Part shown: positions 48,316 to 58,601 of the stretch, one piece after another
Layout: each line of letters begins with the position of its first letter
Position numbering within the stretch: the first letter of the stretch is position 1
DNA from: Desulfuromonadales bacterium
Lineage (GTDB): Bacteria > Desulfobacterota > Desulfuromonadia > Desulfuromonadales > SZUA-540
Length of the DNA: 64,000 nt
NCBI GenBank assembly: GCA_033549025.1
Contig: JAWSUS010000010.1
Span: forward strand, 1 to 64,000
Direction: 5' to 3'
Notes under the pieces: model-generated
What the model was told of the DNA's origin: nothing
Databases searched by the model: none
Seen by the model: only the letters and a program-made list of their open reading frames with translations
Position numbers and translations under genes: made by a program

Positions 48316-50277
48316 GTGGCCCAAAGAATCCTGATCGCCGAGGACAATGACCGCGTAGCCGCTTTTCTGGAGGCGCTGCTGCGACACGAAGGCTATGCCA
48401 CCGAGCGCACAGCCGACGGCATCGAGACGCTGCAGCGGATCAGCCGAGGTGTTCCGGATCTCCTCCTCCTCGACCTGCGTCTGCCCCGTTTGCACGGGGT
48501 CGATCTGCTCAAAAAACTGCGGAAGAGCACCGTCGGTCGCGATCTGCCAGTCATCATCGCCACGGGGGTCTATCGCGGTGAACGTTATGCCAGGGCCGCC
48601 CAGGGCCTGGGGGTGCGCCATTACCTGGAAAAACCTTTTTCCGCCGAAGCCCTTCTGCTGGCGGTCAAGGACATGCTTCCCTCCGGTCAGCAAGAGACGG
48701 CCGTGGCAGAAGAAGGCGAACCCTTCGACCACCATCTCTATCAGGCCTTCAGCACGGCATTTTCCGGCACCTGTCACTTTGAGGGGACGCGAGGGGCCAT
48801 CCTCAGCTTCGTGGCGGGGATGCCCGTTTCTCTGCGGCCGGGTTTTGTTCATCGGGATTTCGGCGACTACCTCGTCCAGAACGGACGCATTACCGCCACG
48901 GAATATGACTACTATCAGGGGACGGGACAATTCCGCAGCGATGTGCTGGTACAGCTGGGCTGCCTGCGTTATCCCGAATTGCTGCAGGAAAAGCTGGCCT
49001 ATCTGACCGGCGAACTGATCGAGGCCTTCAGCGGGCCACCGATGACGGCGGAACAGCGATCCTTGCCCTCGCTGGGCGGCCTGCAGCTGTTCACCCTCAA
49101 CATGCCCTCGCTTTTTCACCGGGGCTATTGGCGCAGCAGCGCCCCCGACACCGCCAATCCTTTTTCCGCCGAAATGTTAGGGCAGTTCGTTGTGCCTGAC
49201 GCCGCGTTTTACCGACATATCAACTTTCTCGACCTCAACGAAGAGGAGCGCCGTTTTGTCGGCCGGCTCGATGGCAGCAACATTCTGGCCGAATGCCTGG
49301 AAGGCGCGAGCGGCCTCACGCCCCTGCTGCGTCTGCTCAAGACCTTCGGAATGCTGACCTTTGCCCGTGAACCGCTGGCTGCGGAACGTCCTGCCGGTGT
49401 GCCCTTGCGAGTGCTGTTCAATGTTCCGGAAGATGAGACCGGGGCCAGCGGCGAGGGTCCCCTGGAGAGTTTCTCCGATCTGGTGGCGGAGGAGAGCCGG
49501 GATGACGAGCCGCTGCTGTCTGCGCAGCCCGTACCGGCGATCCTACCCGAGATCACCGACCTGGCGCTGCGGGTGCGGCAGGTGTTTGAAGGCATGCAGG
49601 GCAAGAATTACTACCAGATTTTCGCTATGGAGCAGGGAAAATTTTCCTTCGATCAGCTTAAAACCCACTATTTCAGGCTGACCCGCGAATTCGGCCCCGA
49701 GGCGATGATGCAGCTCGCCGGCGAGGAGGCCGGAATGGCGGAAGAGATCCTGGCCACGGTAACTACGGCCTACAATACCCTCTCCGATGTCATCAAGAAG
49801 GAGCGCTACGACGAGTTGCTCGGCTCGGAGAAGGTGGGGCTGGGGCAGAAGGGGGACGATATCTTCCAGTCCCAGGTTCAGTTCCAGTCCGGCAAGGTGT
49901 TTCTGGACATGGAAGAGTGGGACAATGCCGAAAATGCCCTGCAGGACGCCTGCAATATCGCCTCGAAAAACGGCGACTACCTGGCGCACCTGGCCTGGTC
50001 CATCTACCGAAACCCGCGAAACAGCAGCAGCCCCGCCATGCGGGAGAAGGTGCGCCAGATGCTGAACCGCGCCCTTACCCTCGATCGCGTCCCCTCCGCC
50101 TACGCTTTCAAGGGCTGGATGTTGCTGGAAGGGGGGCAGGACTTGCTGGCCGAGGCCGAGTTCAGCAAGGCCCTCAAGCTCGATGCCCGCCATACCCTGG
50201 CCCGCAAAGGGCTGCGCGAGATCACTGAAAAACGCGAGCAGGAAAAGAAGGGTCTCTTCCGGCGCATGTTCAGTTAG
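48316..50277 (+). CDS. Response regulator: REC, central domain, J-like domain, TPR
   Basis: ILIAEDN...DLLLLDLRLP...EKP (REC), NYYQIF...AYNTLSD...ERYDE (J-like), C-terminal TPRs. Confidence 0.8.
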   Translation: MAQRILIAEDNDRVAAFLEALLRHEGYATERTADGIETLQRISRGVPDLLLLDLRLPRLHGVDLLKKLRKSTVGRDLPVIIATGVYRGERYARAAQGLGVRHYLEKPFSAEALLLAVKDMLPSGQQETAVAEEGEPFDHHLYQAFSTAFSGTCHFEGTRGAILSFVAGMPVSLRPGFVHRDFGDYLVQNGRITATEYDYYQGTGQFRSDVLVQLGCLRYPELLQEKLAYLTGELIEAFSGPPMTAEQRSLPSLGGLQLFTLNMPSLFHRGYWRSSAPDTANPFSAEMLGQFVVPDAAFYRHINFLDLNEEERRFVGRLDGSNILAECLEGASGLTPLLRLLKTFGMLTFAREPLAAERPAGVPLRVLFNVPEDETGASGEGPLESFSDLVAEESRDDEPLLSAQPVPAILPEITDLALRVRQVFEGMQGKNYYQIFAMEQGKFSFDQLKTHYFRLTREFGPEAMMQLAGEEAGMAEEILATVTTAYNTLSDVIKKERYDELLGSEKVGLGQKGDDIFQSQVQFQSGKVFLDMEEWDNAENALQDACNIASKNGDYLAHLAWSIYRNPRNSSSPAMREKVRQMLNRALTLDRVPSAYAFKGWMLLEGGQDLLAEAEFSKALKLDARHTLARKGLREITEKREQEKKGLFRRMFS

Positions 50278-52439
50278 GCTTCGGAGCGAGGCTGGCGATC
50301 AAGGGCTTCGGCCAGCAGTTCGATGGTGTGGGCGGCCCGCACGGCATGTCCGCCCTTTTCCAGGCCGCCGCGAATCTGCAGCAGGCAGCCGGGACAGTCC
50401 ATGGCGACGCAGGCGGCCCCGGACTGCAGAATATCCCGCACCTTGTCGCCGAGGATGTTCCGGGCGATGGCCGGATGGCTGGTGAAGGAATAGGAGCCGC
50501 CGAAGCCGCAGCAGCGGTCGGCATGGGCCATCTCCCGCAGTTCGGCGCCGCTGGCCTGCAGCAAAACCCGCGGTTCCTGCCAGACGCCGGCCCCTCGCTT
50601 GAGGTGGCAGGAGTCGTGGTAGGTGATCGTTTCCCCGGCCGTTCCGGCCAGTTTTTCCACCCCCCCCAGCACTTTGACGATAAAACCCGACACATCCATC
50701 GTTTTTGCCGCCAGCTCCTCCGCCTTTTGCGCCCAGGCCGGGTTGTCCCGCAGGTGCTCGACAAAGTCGCGGCACAGGGCCAGCGTGCAGGTGGGGCAGG
50801 TGGTCACCACGTAATCGGGGTCTCCTTCGAGCATGGCCTCCACGTTCTGCCGGGCGAGCTCCACCGCCGTCTCCCGATCCCCCGAATAGAGCGCCGGGAT
50901 GCCGCAGCAGTTCTGCTTGGCGGGATAGCTGACCTGCACGTTGAAGTGGTTGAGCACCCGCACGAGATCTTTACCCAGCCCCGGATAGAGGAAATCGTTG
51001 GCGCAGCCGCCGAAGAAGGCCACCTTGGTGCGCGGTTTATCGACCCGTTGCGGAAGGTCGTGCCACTGGTCACGCAGGGGGGTGGCGGCGATGGCGGGAA
51101 GAGTGCGCCAGGCGGTAAGACCCGAAAAAAACAGGGGCAGATGGCGGATGGTATCCTCCCCGCGCGTGACCGGTTTCTGCAGCAGGCTGGCGGTCCGGAT
51201 CAGGGTGTGGAAGAGCTGGCGGTTGCGCATGACCCGGCGGAAGACCAGGGCCTTACCGGTGCCGATGCCCTCTTCCTCGCCGAGGGTCTGGCGCAGCTGC
51301 AGGATGATGTTCTCCAGGTCGATATGGCTGGGGCAGACGGCGACGCAGGACCGGCAGCCGATGCAGGCCCGCACCAGCTCGGCGGCCAGGTCGAGGCCGT
51401 GGAAGAAAGCGGTGAGGATGATGCCGATGGCGCTGATGTAGATGTGGCCGAAGACATGACCGCCGACGGTCTGGTAGACGGGACAGACGTTGGCGCAGGC
51501 GCCGCATTTGATGCAGCGCAGAGCGTCGCGGCAGTGGGGGGATTCGGCCAGGGCGCTGCGGCCGTTGTCGAGCAGGACGATATGCAGTTCCTTGTCCCCC
51601 TCCCCGCAGGGAACAGCGCCGCGGATCCAGGTCACGTAGCTGGTGAGCAGCTGCCCCGTGGCGTTCTTGGGCAGCACGCGGATGATTTTGGCCGCATCCT
51701 CCAGCGTGGGCACCAATTTCTCCACTCCCACCAGGGCCACGTGGATCGGCGGCAGGGTGGTGGCCAGGCGGGCGTTGCCCTCGTTGGTCACCAGGGCGAT
51801 ACCTCCCGTTTCCGCCACGGCGATGTTGGCGCCGCTGATCCCCATGCCGGCGTCGAAATAGCTCTGCCGCAGCTGCTGCCGGGCGACCCTGACCAGATGC
51901 TCGATCTCGGCCGGCTCTTTCTGTCCAGTGACTTGGCTGAACAGCGCCGCCACTTCCTCCTTGAACATGTGGATGGCGGGCATGACCATGTGGCTGGGGC
52001 GTTGACCGGCCAGCTGGATGATCCATTCGCCCAGGTCCGATTCGACGGCGGTGACGCCGGCCTGCTCGAGGGCCCGGTTGAGATGGATCTCTTCGCTGGC
52101 CATGCTTTTGCTCTTGATGGCCAGCTTGACCTGGCGCTCGCGGGCGAGTCGGGCAATGTAGTCGTTGGCCTCGGCCGCCGTGCGGGCGTAAAAGACGGTG
52201 GCGCCGGCGGCTTCGGCGTTGCGGGTGAATTCCTGTTGCAGGGCGTCACGCTGCTGCAGGGACTGATCCTTGATGGCGGCAATGTCCCGGCGCAGCTCTT
52301 CGAAGTCGAGGCCGGCGAAGGCGTTCTGACGGGAGAGCAGGTAGGCATCGGCGAATTTGTGCAAGGCCTCCTGCAGCTGGGGCGTGGCCAGGGCCTGGTC
52401 GATGCGCTGGCGGTATTGCCGGTTCCGTTCTCGGGTCAT
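50274..52439 (-). CDS. LutB/LldF-type lactate dehydrogenase large subunit fused to CCG domains (LdhH-like)
   Basis: KSKSMASEEI, PSHMVMPAIH, CIKCGACANVCP, CIGCRSCVAVCP, QNCCG, YHDSCH, RCCGFGG. Confidence 0.88.
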   Translation of the reverse strand: MTRERNRQYRQRIDQALATPQLQEALHKFADAYLLSRQNAFAGLDFEELRRDIAAIKDQSLQQRDALQQEFTRNAEAAGATVFYARTAAEANDYIARLARERQVKLAIKSKSMASEEIHLNRALEQAGVTAVESDLGEWIIQLAGQRPSHMVMPAIHMFKEEVAALFSQVTGQKEPAEIEHLVRVARQQLRQSYFDAGMGISGANIAVAETGGIALVTNEGNARLATTLPPIHVALVGVEKLVPTLEDAAKIIRVLPKNATGQLLTSYVTWIRGAVPCGEGDKELHIVLLDNGRSALAESPHCRDALRCIKCGACANVCPVYQTVGGHVFGHIYISAIGIILTAFFHGLDLAAELVRACIGCRSCVAVCPSHIDLENIILQLRQTLGEEEGIGTGKALVFRRVMRNRQLFHTLIRTASLLQKPVTRGEDTIRHLPLFFSGLTAWRTLPAIAATPLRDQWHDLPQRVDKPRTKVAFFGGCANDFLYPGLGKDLVRVLNHFNVQVSYPAKQNCCGIPALYSGDRETAVELARQNVEAMLEGDPDYVVTTCPTCTLALCRDFVEHLRDNPAWAQKAEELAAKTMDVSGFIVKVLGGVEKLAGTAGETITYHDSCHLKRGAGVWQEPRVLLQASGAELREMAHADRCCGFGGSYSFTSHPAIARNILGDKVRDILQSGAACVAMDCPGCLLQIRGGLEKGGHAVRAAHTIELLAEALDRQPRSEA

Positions 52440-52452
52440 CGTCCCCTCCCTC

Positions 52453-53016
52453 TCACATCTCCAGAAAATCGTCGGAAAGTCCGTCCAGCAGCAGAATGTG
52501 CAGGCGCCGCGGGCCGTGTACGCCAATGGTCAGCACCCGCTCAATATCGGCGGTGCGGCTCGGTCCGGTGACGTAGGCCAGATAGTTTCGCGGCTGACGC
52601 TGATGCAGCTGGCGCAGCCAGGGGACGGCCGCCAGCCCGTCGGCGACAATCTTGCGGCTATCGGCCAGCACGACATGGCGCTCCGGCAGGGTGGAGGCCA
52701 GGCGGATGTCCTCAGGCGTACTCTCCAGTACCAGCGTGCCGGTATCGGCGATGGCGAAGTTGGCCCCGGTGAGGCCCAGGGTCGCGCCGGCGGCCGTCGC
52801 CCGGTCCCGGCCGTCAAGGACCTGACAGCCGGCCGCCTTGAGCTGAGCGGTTAGGCCGAGCCGCCGGCCGCTGAGAAAGTCGGCGACATAGATGCCGCCG
52901 TCCGCCAGACGGCAAACGGTATCGCCGATTTCAGCGCTCGAACCAAGATGGATGATCTCGGCGCCCACCTTGCCGGCGGCTGCCTCGAAAAGGGCAAGTA
53001 AAACGTCTTCGGACAT
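52453..53016 (-). CDS. LutC/YkgG (LUD domain) lactate utilisation protein
   Basis: AIADTGTL, TGPSRTADIE...GVHGP. Confidence 0.9.
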   Translation of the reverse strand: MSEDVLLALFEAAAGKVGAEIIHLGSSAEIGDTVCRLADGGIYVADFLSGRRLGLTAQLKAAGCQVLDGRDRATAAGATLGLTGANFAIADTGTLVLESTPEDIRLASTLPERHVVLADSRKIVADGLAAVPWLRQLHQRQPRNYLAYVTGPSRTADIERVLTIGVHGPRRLHILLLDGLSDDFLEM

Positions 53017-53226
53017 GGTTTTTTCTCCCCTGGGTTCGCACACAGACAATTTCATCGTAGAAGCGCCGCGGAAAGGCTGTCAAGCAGCAAATGGCGGCAG
53101 GAAAAGACGCCCGAGACAATCATTGCTTGCAAAAGGTTCGGATAAGTCGAAAAATAGAGTATAATTTTGAACGGTTAAGCAAAGATCAGCGAGGGTGTCC
53201 CATACCCGTTGCGGGAGGAACGTGCC

Positions 53227-54111
53227 ATGGTCGGTCATGAAGAGAAGGACAGTCGTTTTTCGCTGTCGCTTTTTGTTCCGGCGGTGTTTGTTCTGACTTC
53301 AGCCGCGTTTCTTTTCACGCTGCTTTTTCCTTTTCGCGATGATTCCCTGGCGCGGGTGCAAGAAAAGGGCATCCGTGTCGGCTACGCCGTCGAAGCGCCC
53401 TATGCCTTTCTGACACCGGCCGGCGAGCCGACGGGAGAAGCGCCGGAAGTGGTGCGGGTGGTGGCCGAGCAGCTGGAGATCGACCCGATCTTGTGGCGTC
53501 AGGTCGAGTTCGATAGCCTGATTGATGAATTGGAAGCCGGACGGATCGATGTCATCGCCGCCGGTCTGTTCATGACGCCCAAGCGACAAAAACGGCTCCG
53601 CTTTTCCCTGCCGACCTTTCAGGTGCAGCCCGGACTGCTGGTGCCAAAAGGCAACCCCCTGAAACTGCAATCCTACGCCGATCTGGTTCGTGCCGATGGG
53701 GTCATGGTAATCGTTCTGGCCGGTTCGGTGGAGGCGAGGGCCTTGTTCGAACTAGGGCTGCCGCAAGAGCGCCTGAAGGCCGTCCCAGACGTGTCAACCG
53801 GCTTGGCGGCGCTTGAAGCGGGGCTGGCCGATGCACTGGCCCTCTCCTCGCCCTCCTTGCAATGGCTTGCCATGAAAGGCCGGCTGCGGCAAACGGAACC
53901 CGTCGCCCTGTCAGGGTTGACGGCCAGTGAAGAGTCCCAGTGCGGAGCCTTCGCCTTTCGCAAAGAGGACCGCCGTCTTCGGCAGGCCTGGAATGCCGTG
54001 CTGAAATCCTACATCGGTTCGCCGGAACACCTTGCCCTGGTCGCTCCGTTTGGCTTCAGTGCCCAGGAGATACCCGGGGTGTCTTCCCCCTCCCAGGAGT
54101 CCCGTCCATGA
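53227..54111 (+). CDS. EhuB-like (ectoine/hydroxyectoine-type) substrate-binding protein
   Basis: GYAVEAPYAF...TGEAPEV, EFDSLI..L.AGRIDVIAAGLF, VPKGNP...SYADL, GAFAFRKED. Confidence 0.82.
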   Translation: MVGHEEKDSRFSLSLFVPAVFVLTSAAFLFTLLFPFRDDSLARVQEKGIRVGYAVEAPYAFLTPAGEPTGEAPEVVRVVAEQLEIDPILWRQVEFDSLIDELEAGRIDVIAAGLFMTPKRQKRLRFSLPTFQVQPGLLVPKGNPLKLQSYADLVRADGVMVIVLAGSVEARALFELGLPQERLKAVPDVSTGLAALEAGLADALALSSPSLQWLAMKGRLRQTEPVALSGLTASEESQCGAFAFRKEDRRLRQAWNAVLKSYIGSPEHLALVAPFGFSAQEIPGVSSPSQESRP

Positions 54112-56435
54112 CCCTGCCGTCCCTCGACCTCTGCGGCTCCGTCCGCTTCCGCCGTTTCAGGGATTCCCGCCTCTGGCTCGGGAGCGTCGTGCTCCTTTCC
54201 CTGCTGGTCTGCATGATGGTCACCTGGCTGCATGTGCAGCAGAAGGCGGCGCTCAACCAATCGCTGGCCAATCTCGACTACATGCGACAGGCTCGCATCG
54301 ACCTGGCCAAGGGCTTCCTGCACGTTTCGCTGGCGGATATGCCGGAGTCCCCCTTCGGCCAGACGGAAGGCATCGCCCTGCTGCGCCAATCCATCACCTC
54401 CCTGAACCATTCCGTTCACGACCTTAAAAATGCCGATCCGCAAATTGTCCATGAGTTCGAACAGAGCGTGGCGGCTTTCGAAGAAAGCCTCGCCCGCTGG
54501 CAGGGCGGCGGCAGGGGCAGGGCCGATAGCGCCATCCATCTGCGCATTGCTTTTCACCAGTTGGAGCGTCAGGCCGATGCGGTGGACCTGGCTATTTCGC
54601 GCCATCTCACGCGGCTGTCACATCGACTCGATCTCCATTTCAGTACCGCTCTCGGCGGGGCGGTGGTGCTCCTGGTGGTTATCTGCGGGGTGGTGTTTTG
54701 CGCCAGCCGCAAGAAAGACGAACTGGAAGTGGCGACGCTCAGGAGCGAGTACCGTTTTCGTCAGGCCATGGAAGCCGTCAGTGAAGGGCTCTGGGATCGC
54801 GACGTCGAAACGGATCGGCTCTATTTCAGCCCGGCTTTCTGGAGAATGCTGGGATACGACCCCGAAGCCATGGAGGGGACGAGCGAGGCCTGGGCCGCCC
54901 TGCTGCATCCGGAGGACCGGGAGAGAGCGTTGGCGTTGAATCAGGCCTGTGTGGATGGGCGGCAGGATGACTTCGAAACAGAATTTCGCCTCAAGACCCG
55001 CGACGACACCTGGAAATGGATTCTGTCCCGGGGGCGGGTGGTCAGCCGGGATGACCGCGGTCGCGCCCTGCGCATTATGGGCACCCATGTCGACATCACC
55101 ACCCGGAAGCGCTACGAGGAGCGGCTGACCCACATGGCCACCCACGACGAGCTGACCGGGCTGGCCAATCGTGCCCTGCTGCTCGACCGCCTGGAGCGGG
55201 CCATACAGACGGCGAGCAGCACCGGGGGGCTCGTGGCGGTGCTGCTGCTTGATCTCGACCGCTTCAAGGTGATCAACGACAGCATTGGACACGCTTTTGG
55301 CGACAAGGTGCTCTGTTCGATCGCTCGCCGTCTGGAGAGCCTGGTGAAAAAAGGCGATACGATCGCCCGCCTCGGCGGCGACGAATTTGTGCTGCTGCTG
55401 ACCGAGATGGCGCGTCCGGAGGAGGTGAGTCAGCTGGCGGCCGAAGTCCTTGAAAACCTGACCGCCCCCTTCACCATCGACGGCCGTGAAGTTATTCTGA
55501 CGGCCAGCATCGGCATCAGCCTTTCCCCCGGGGATAGCCTGGACGGCCCCACCCTGATCCGTGATGCCGATATCGCCATGTATCGGGCCAAAAAGAACGA
55601 CCGCAACACCTATGCCTTCTATTCGAAGGAGATGAACCAGCAGATCACCAGGGCGCTGGAAATGGAGAGCGCCCTGCGTCAGGCGCTGGACCGTCATGAA
55701 TTCCTTCTCCATTACCAGCCGAAAGTCGATCTGGCCAGCGGCCGGATTGTCGGCTGCGAAGCGCTGGTCCGCTGGCATCACCCCGAACGGGGGCTGGTCT
55801 CGCCGGCCGACTTCATTCCCCTGGCCGAAGAGACGGGTCTTATCATGCCCCTCGGGCTGTGGGTGCTGATGGAAGCCTGCCGGCAGGCGCGCGTCTGGCA
55901 GCAGCAGGGTTTTGACCGGTTCAGTGTGGCCGTCAACCTGTCGGCGCGGCAGTTTCACCGGGGGGATCTCGAAAAGGTGTTAGAAGAGGTCCTGCGTGAT
56001 ATCCAGCTTCCCCCTGATCTGCTGGAGCTGGAACTGACGGAGAGCATGGTCATGCAGGCGCCGGAGACGGCCAAACGAACCATGCTGGCTTTGAAAGATC
56101 TGGGGGTCAGCCTGAGTCTGGATGACTTCGGTACGGGCTATTCGAGTCTCAACTACCTGCGCCGCTTTCCCGTCGACTGCCTGAAGATCGACCGCTCCTT
56201 TGTTCGTGACGTGATCACCGACCCCGCCGGGGCCTCCATGGTCGCCAGCATCATCGACATCGCCCACAATCTGGGCCTGAGTACGGTGGCGGAAGGGGTT
56301 GAGACCGAGGAGCAGCTCGCGTTTCTGCGGGGGTGCGGCTGTGACGTGCTGCAGGGGTATCTGTTCAGCAAGCCGGTGCCGGCCGCCCAGTTTGAAGCGC
56401 TGTTGCAGGAAGGCCGGCGCCTGGCGGCCGTCTAG
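54108..56435 (+). CDS. Membrane PAS-GGDEF-EAL c-di-GMP enzyme
   Basis: Two TM segments flanking a helical periplasmic region, [30 protein letters not shown]. Confidence 0.93.
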   Translation: MTLPSLDLCGSVRFRRFRDSRLWLGSVVLLSLLVCMMVTWLHVQQKAALNQSLANLDYMRQARIDLAKGFLHVSLADMPESPFGQTEGIALLRQSITSLNHSVHDLKNADPQIVHEFEQSVAAFEESLARWQGGGRGRADSAIHLRIAFHQLERQADAVDLAISRHLTRLSHRLDLHFSTALGGAVVLLVVICGVVFCASRKKDELEVATLRSEYRFRQAMEAVSEGLWDRDVETDRLYFSPAFWRMLGYDPEAMEGTSEAWAALLHPEDRERALALNQACVDGRQDDFETEFRLKTRDDTWKWILSRGRVVSRDDRGRALRIMGTHVDITTRKRYEERLTHMATHDELTGLANRALLLDRLERAIQTASSTGGLVAVLLLDLDRFKVINDSIGHAFGDKVLCSIARRLESLVKKGDTIARLGGDEFVLLLTEMARPEEVSQLAAEVLENLTAPFTIDGREVILTASIGISLSPGDSLDGPTLIRDADIAMYRAKKNDRNTYAFYSKEMNQQITRALEMESALRQALDRHEFLLHYQPKVDLASGRIVGCEALVRWHHPERGLVSPADFIPLAEETGLIMPLGLWVLMEACRQARVWQQQGFDRFSVAVNLSARQFHRGDLEKVLEEVLRDIQLPPDLLELELTESMVMQAPETAKRTMLALKDLGVSLSLDDFGTGYSSLNYLRRFPVDCLKIDRSFVRDVITDPAGASMVASIIDIAHNLGLSTVAEGVETEEQLAFLRGCGCDVLQGYLFSKPVPAAQFEALLQEGRRLAAV

Positions 56436-57091
56436 CGCGCCAGGGCCTGGTCTACATCATCGGTTTTGCCGATCAGAATAAGGACGTCGCTGTCTTTGAT
56501 GCGGTGGTTTGGCGGCGGCGCGGCGATGAACTGATCGGTGAGGACATCCTTGATGGCAATGACCGTGACATGGTGCTTCTTGCGCAGGTCCAGCTCGACC
56601 AGGGTCTTGCCGATAAAGTGCTTGGGCGGCTCGGTCTCGGAGAGGGCGTAATCCTCGGCCAGCGGTATGAACTCGAGGACATTGGGGCTCGACAGGCTGT
56701 GCGCCACCTTGCGGGCCATGTCCTTCTCGGGGAAGATCACCTCGCTGGCGCCGACCCGTTCGAGAATGCGGCCGTGATCTTCACTGACGGCCTTGACGAT
56801 GATGCGCGGAACCTTCAACTCCTTCAGATAGAGGGTGATCAGGGTCGCCAGATGGGAGCGGTCACCGGTGGAGACCACGGCCGCGTCCATTTCAGCCACG
56901 CCCTGCGCTTGCAGAAAAGCCTTGTTGGCCGCATCCCCTAAAATGGCGTAGGAACAGAGATCCTTGACGGCCTGCACCTTGTCCTTGTCCGCGTCGATGG
57001 CGATGACTTCATGGTTATCGTCACTGAGGGTGGCGACGACGTGATACCCGAAGTTGCCCAGCCCGATTACGCAAAATCTGCTCTTCTTCAT
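56432..57091 (-). CDS. TrkA/KtrA K+ uptake regulatory (RCK) subunit
   Basis: VIGLGNFG, GDA, IFPE. Confidence 0.92.
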   Translation of the reverse strand: MKKSRFCVIGLGNFGYHVVATLSDDNHEVIAIDADKDKVQAVKDLCSYAILGDAANKAFLQAQGVAEMDAAVVSTGDRSHLATLITLYLKELKVPRIIVKAVSEDHGRILERVGASEVIFPEKDMARKVAHSLSSPNVLEFIPLAEDYALSETEPPKHFIGKTLVELDLRKKHHVTVIAIKDVLTDQFIAAPPPNHRIKDSDVLILIGKTDDVDQALAR

Positions 57092-57110
57092 ACCGCAAAA
57101 CTCCTTGGTT

Positions 57111-58484
57111 TCAGCCGATCATGATGTTTTCTTCCGCGTAACGCGGCGCATGACGCCGGGTTCGACCGGCAATAGCGAAGGCGACGGTCAAGAGGCCGAC
57201 GCGGCCGACAAACATGAGCAGGATGACAATCCCTTTCCCCCAGCCTCCCAGGCTGGCTGTCGCGCCGGTGGAAAGACCCACGGTGCCGAAGGCGGAGACA
57301 GCCTCGAACGCGAAGTTGAGGAACTCCCGCGCGTCATCCCCGGGGGCGCTCGGGACATGCACGATCAACAGGCCGAAGAGAGCCAGACCGATGAGGATGA
57401 CGGCGAGGATGACCAGCGACAGGGCCTTGGCGATGACATCATCGGGGATGGTCCGTCGGAAGATGCTGATGTGGGGCGAACCCTTGAGCCGGCTGTAAAA
57501 CACGGCGAAAAAGAGTGCTAGGCTGGTGGTTTTAACCCCCCCTCCCGCCGAGCCGGGGGAGGCGCCGATGAACATCAGAAACATCATGAGAAAAAGGGTG
57601 GGAACCCGAAAGTGGTTGAGGTCTATGGTATTGAAACCGGCGGTGCGGGTGGTCACCGACTGAAATAAGGACGTCCAGAAGCTCTCCAGATGCGACATGC
57701 CGGCCAAAGAGTGCCCGCTCTCCAACAAAAGGATGCAGACCGTGCCGTAGAGAATGAGAAAGGCGGTGGTGCTGAGCACGATACGGCTGTGCAGGGAGAG
57801 CCGCGGCTTTTTCTGTGTTTTCGGGGTGGAGAGAATCTGCCGCAGTTCGCGGATGACCAGAAAACCGATACCGCCCAGAATGATGAGGGCCATGATCGTC
57901 AGGTTGACCAGGGGATCGTCGCGAAAGGCGACCAGGCTGTCGGGGTAAAGAGAAAAACCCGCATTGCAGAAAGCGGAGATGGCGTGAAAAAAGGCGCTGT
58001 AGACCCCCTCGGCCAGGCCCAGTCTGGGCACGAAAGCCAAAGACAGCAGCACCGTGCCGATTGCCTCGATCACCAGGGTCATCAGAAAGATGCCCTTAAT
58101 CAGCTCCCGCCAGGAACTGATGGGGGTGTGCATCAGGGTTTCGTGGATGATCCAGCGCCCGCGGGCACTGATGCCGACCCGCAGGTAGATGAAGAGATAG
58201 ACGGAGAAGGTCATGATGCCCAGGCCGCCCACCTGGATGAGGAGCAGGATCACTCCCTGGCCGAAGAGGCTGAAGCGGGTACCCGTATCGACCACGGCCA
58301 GACCGGTGACACACTGGGCCGAGGTGGCGGTGAAGAGGGCGTCGAGAAAAGACAAGGGCTCACCGTTGACCGCCAGAGGCGTCCGCAGGAGCAGGGCGCC
58401 GATGAGAATGGCCACGGCATAATAGGTAACAAGGGCCTGGGCGGGGGAGAGAGCCTTGAGCCGGCCCAGCAGGGTGGATTTCAT
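57111..58484 (-). CDS. TrkH/KtrB K+ uptake membrane subunit
   Basis: SAQCVTGL, SAFCNAGF, TRTAGF, GASPGSAGGG, SAFGTVGL. Confidence 0.94.
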   Translation of the reverse strand: MKSTLLGRLKALSPAQALVTYYAVAILIGALLLRTPLAVNGEPLSFLDALFTATSAQCVTGLAVVDTGTRFSLFGQGVILLLIQVGGLGIMTFSVYLFIYLRVGISARGRWIIHETLMHTPISSWRELIKGIFLMTLVIEAIGTVLLSLAFVPRLGLAEGVYSAFFHAISAFCNAGFSLYPDSLVAFRDDPLVNLTIMALIILGGIGFLVIRELRQILSTPKTQKKPRLSLHSRIVLSTTAFLILYGTVCILLLESGHSLAGMSHLESFWTSLFQSVTTRTAGFNTIDLNHFRVPTLFLMMFLMFIGASPGSAGGGVKTTSLALFFAVFYSRLKGSPHISIFRRTIPDDVIAKALSLVILAVILIGLALFGLLIVHVPSAPGDDAREFLNFAFEAVSAFGTVGLSTGATASLGGWGKGIVILLMFVGRVGLLTVAFAIAGRTRRHAPRYAEENIMIG

Positions 58485-58601
58485 GAAGGAGGCCCATCCT
58501 TTCCGTCGTTTTAATCAGGGGAACGACGAAGAGGAATTTTAGCATCGAATGGTGCAGGGTGGCAGAAAAAAATTCCCGGAACCCCAAAAGGAGGGAAGGG
58601 C

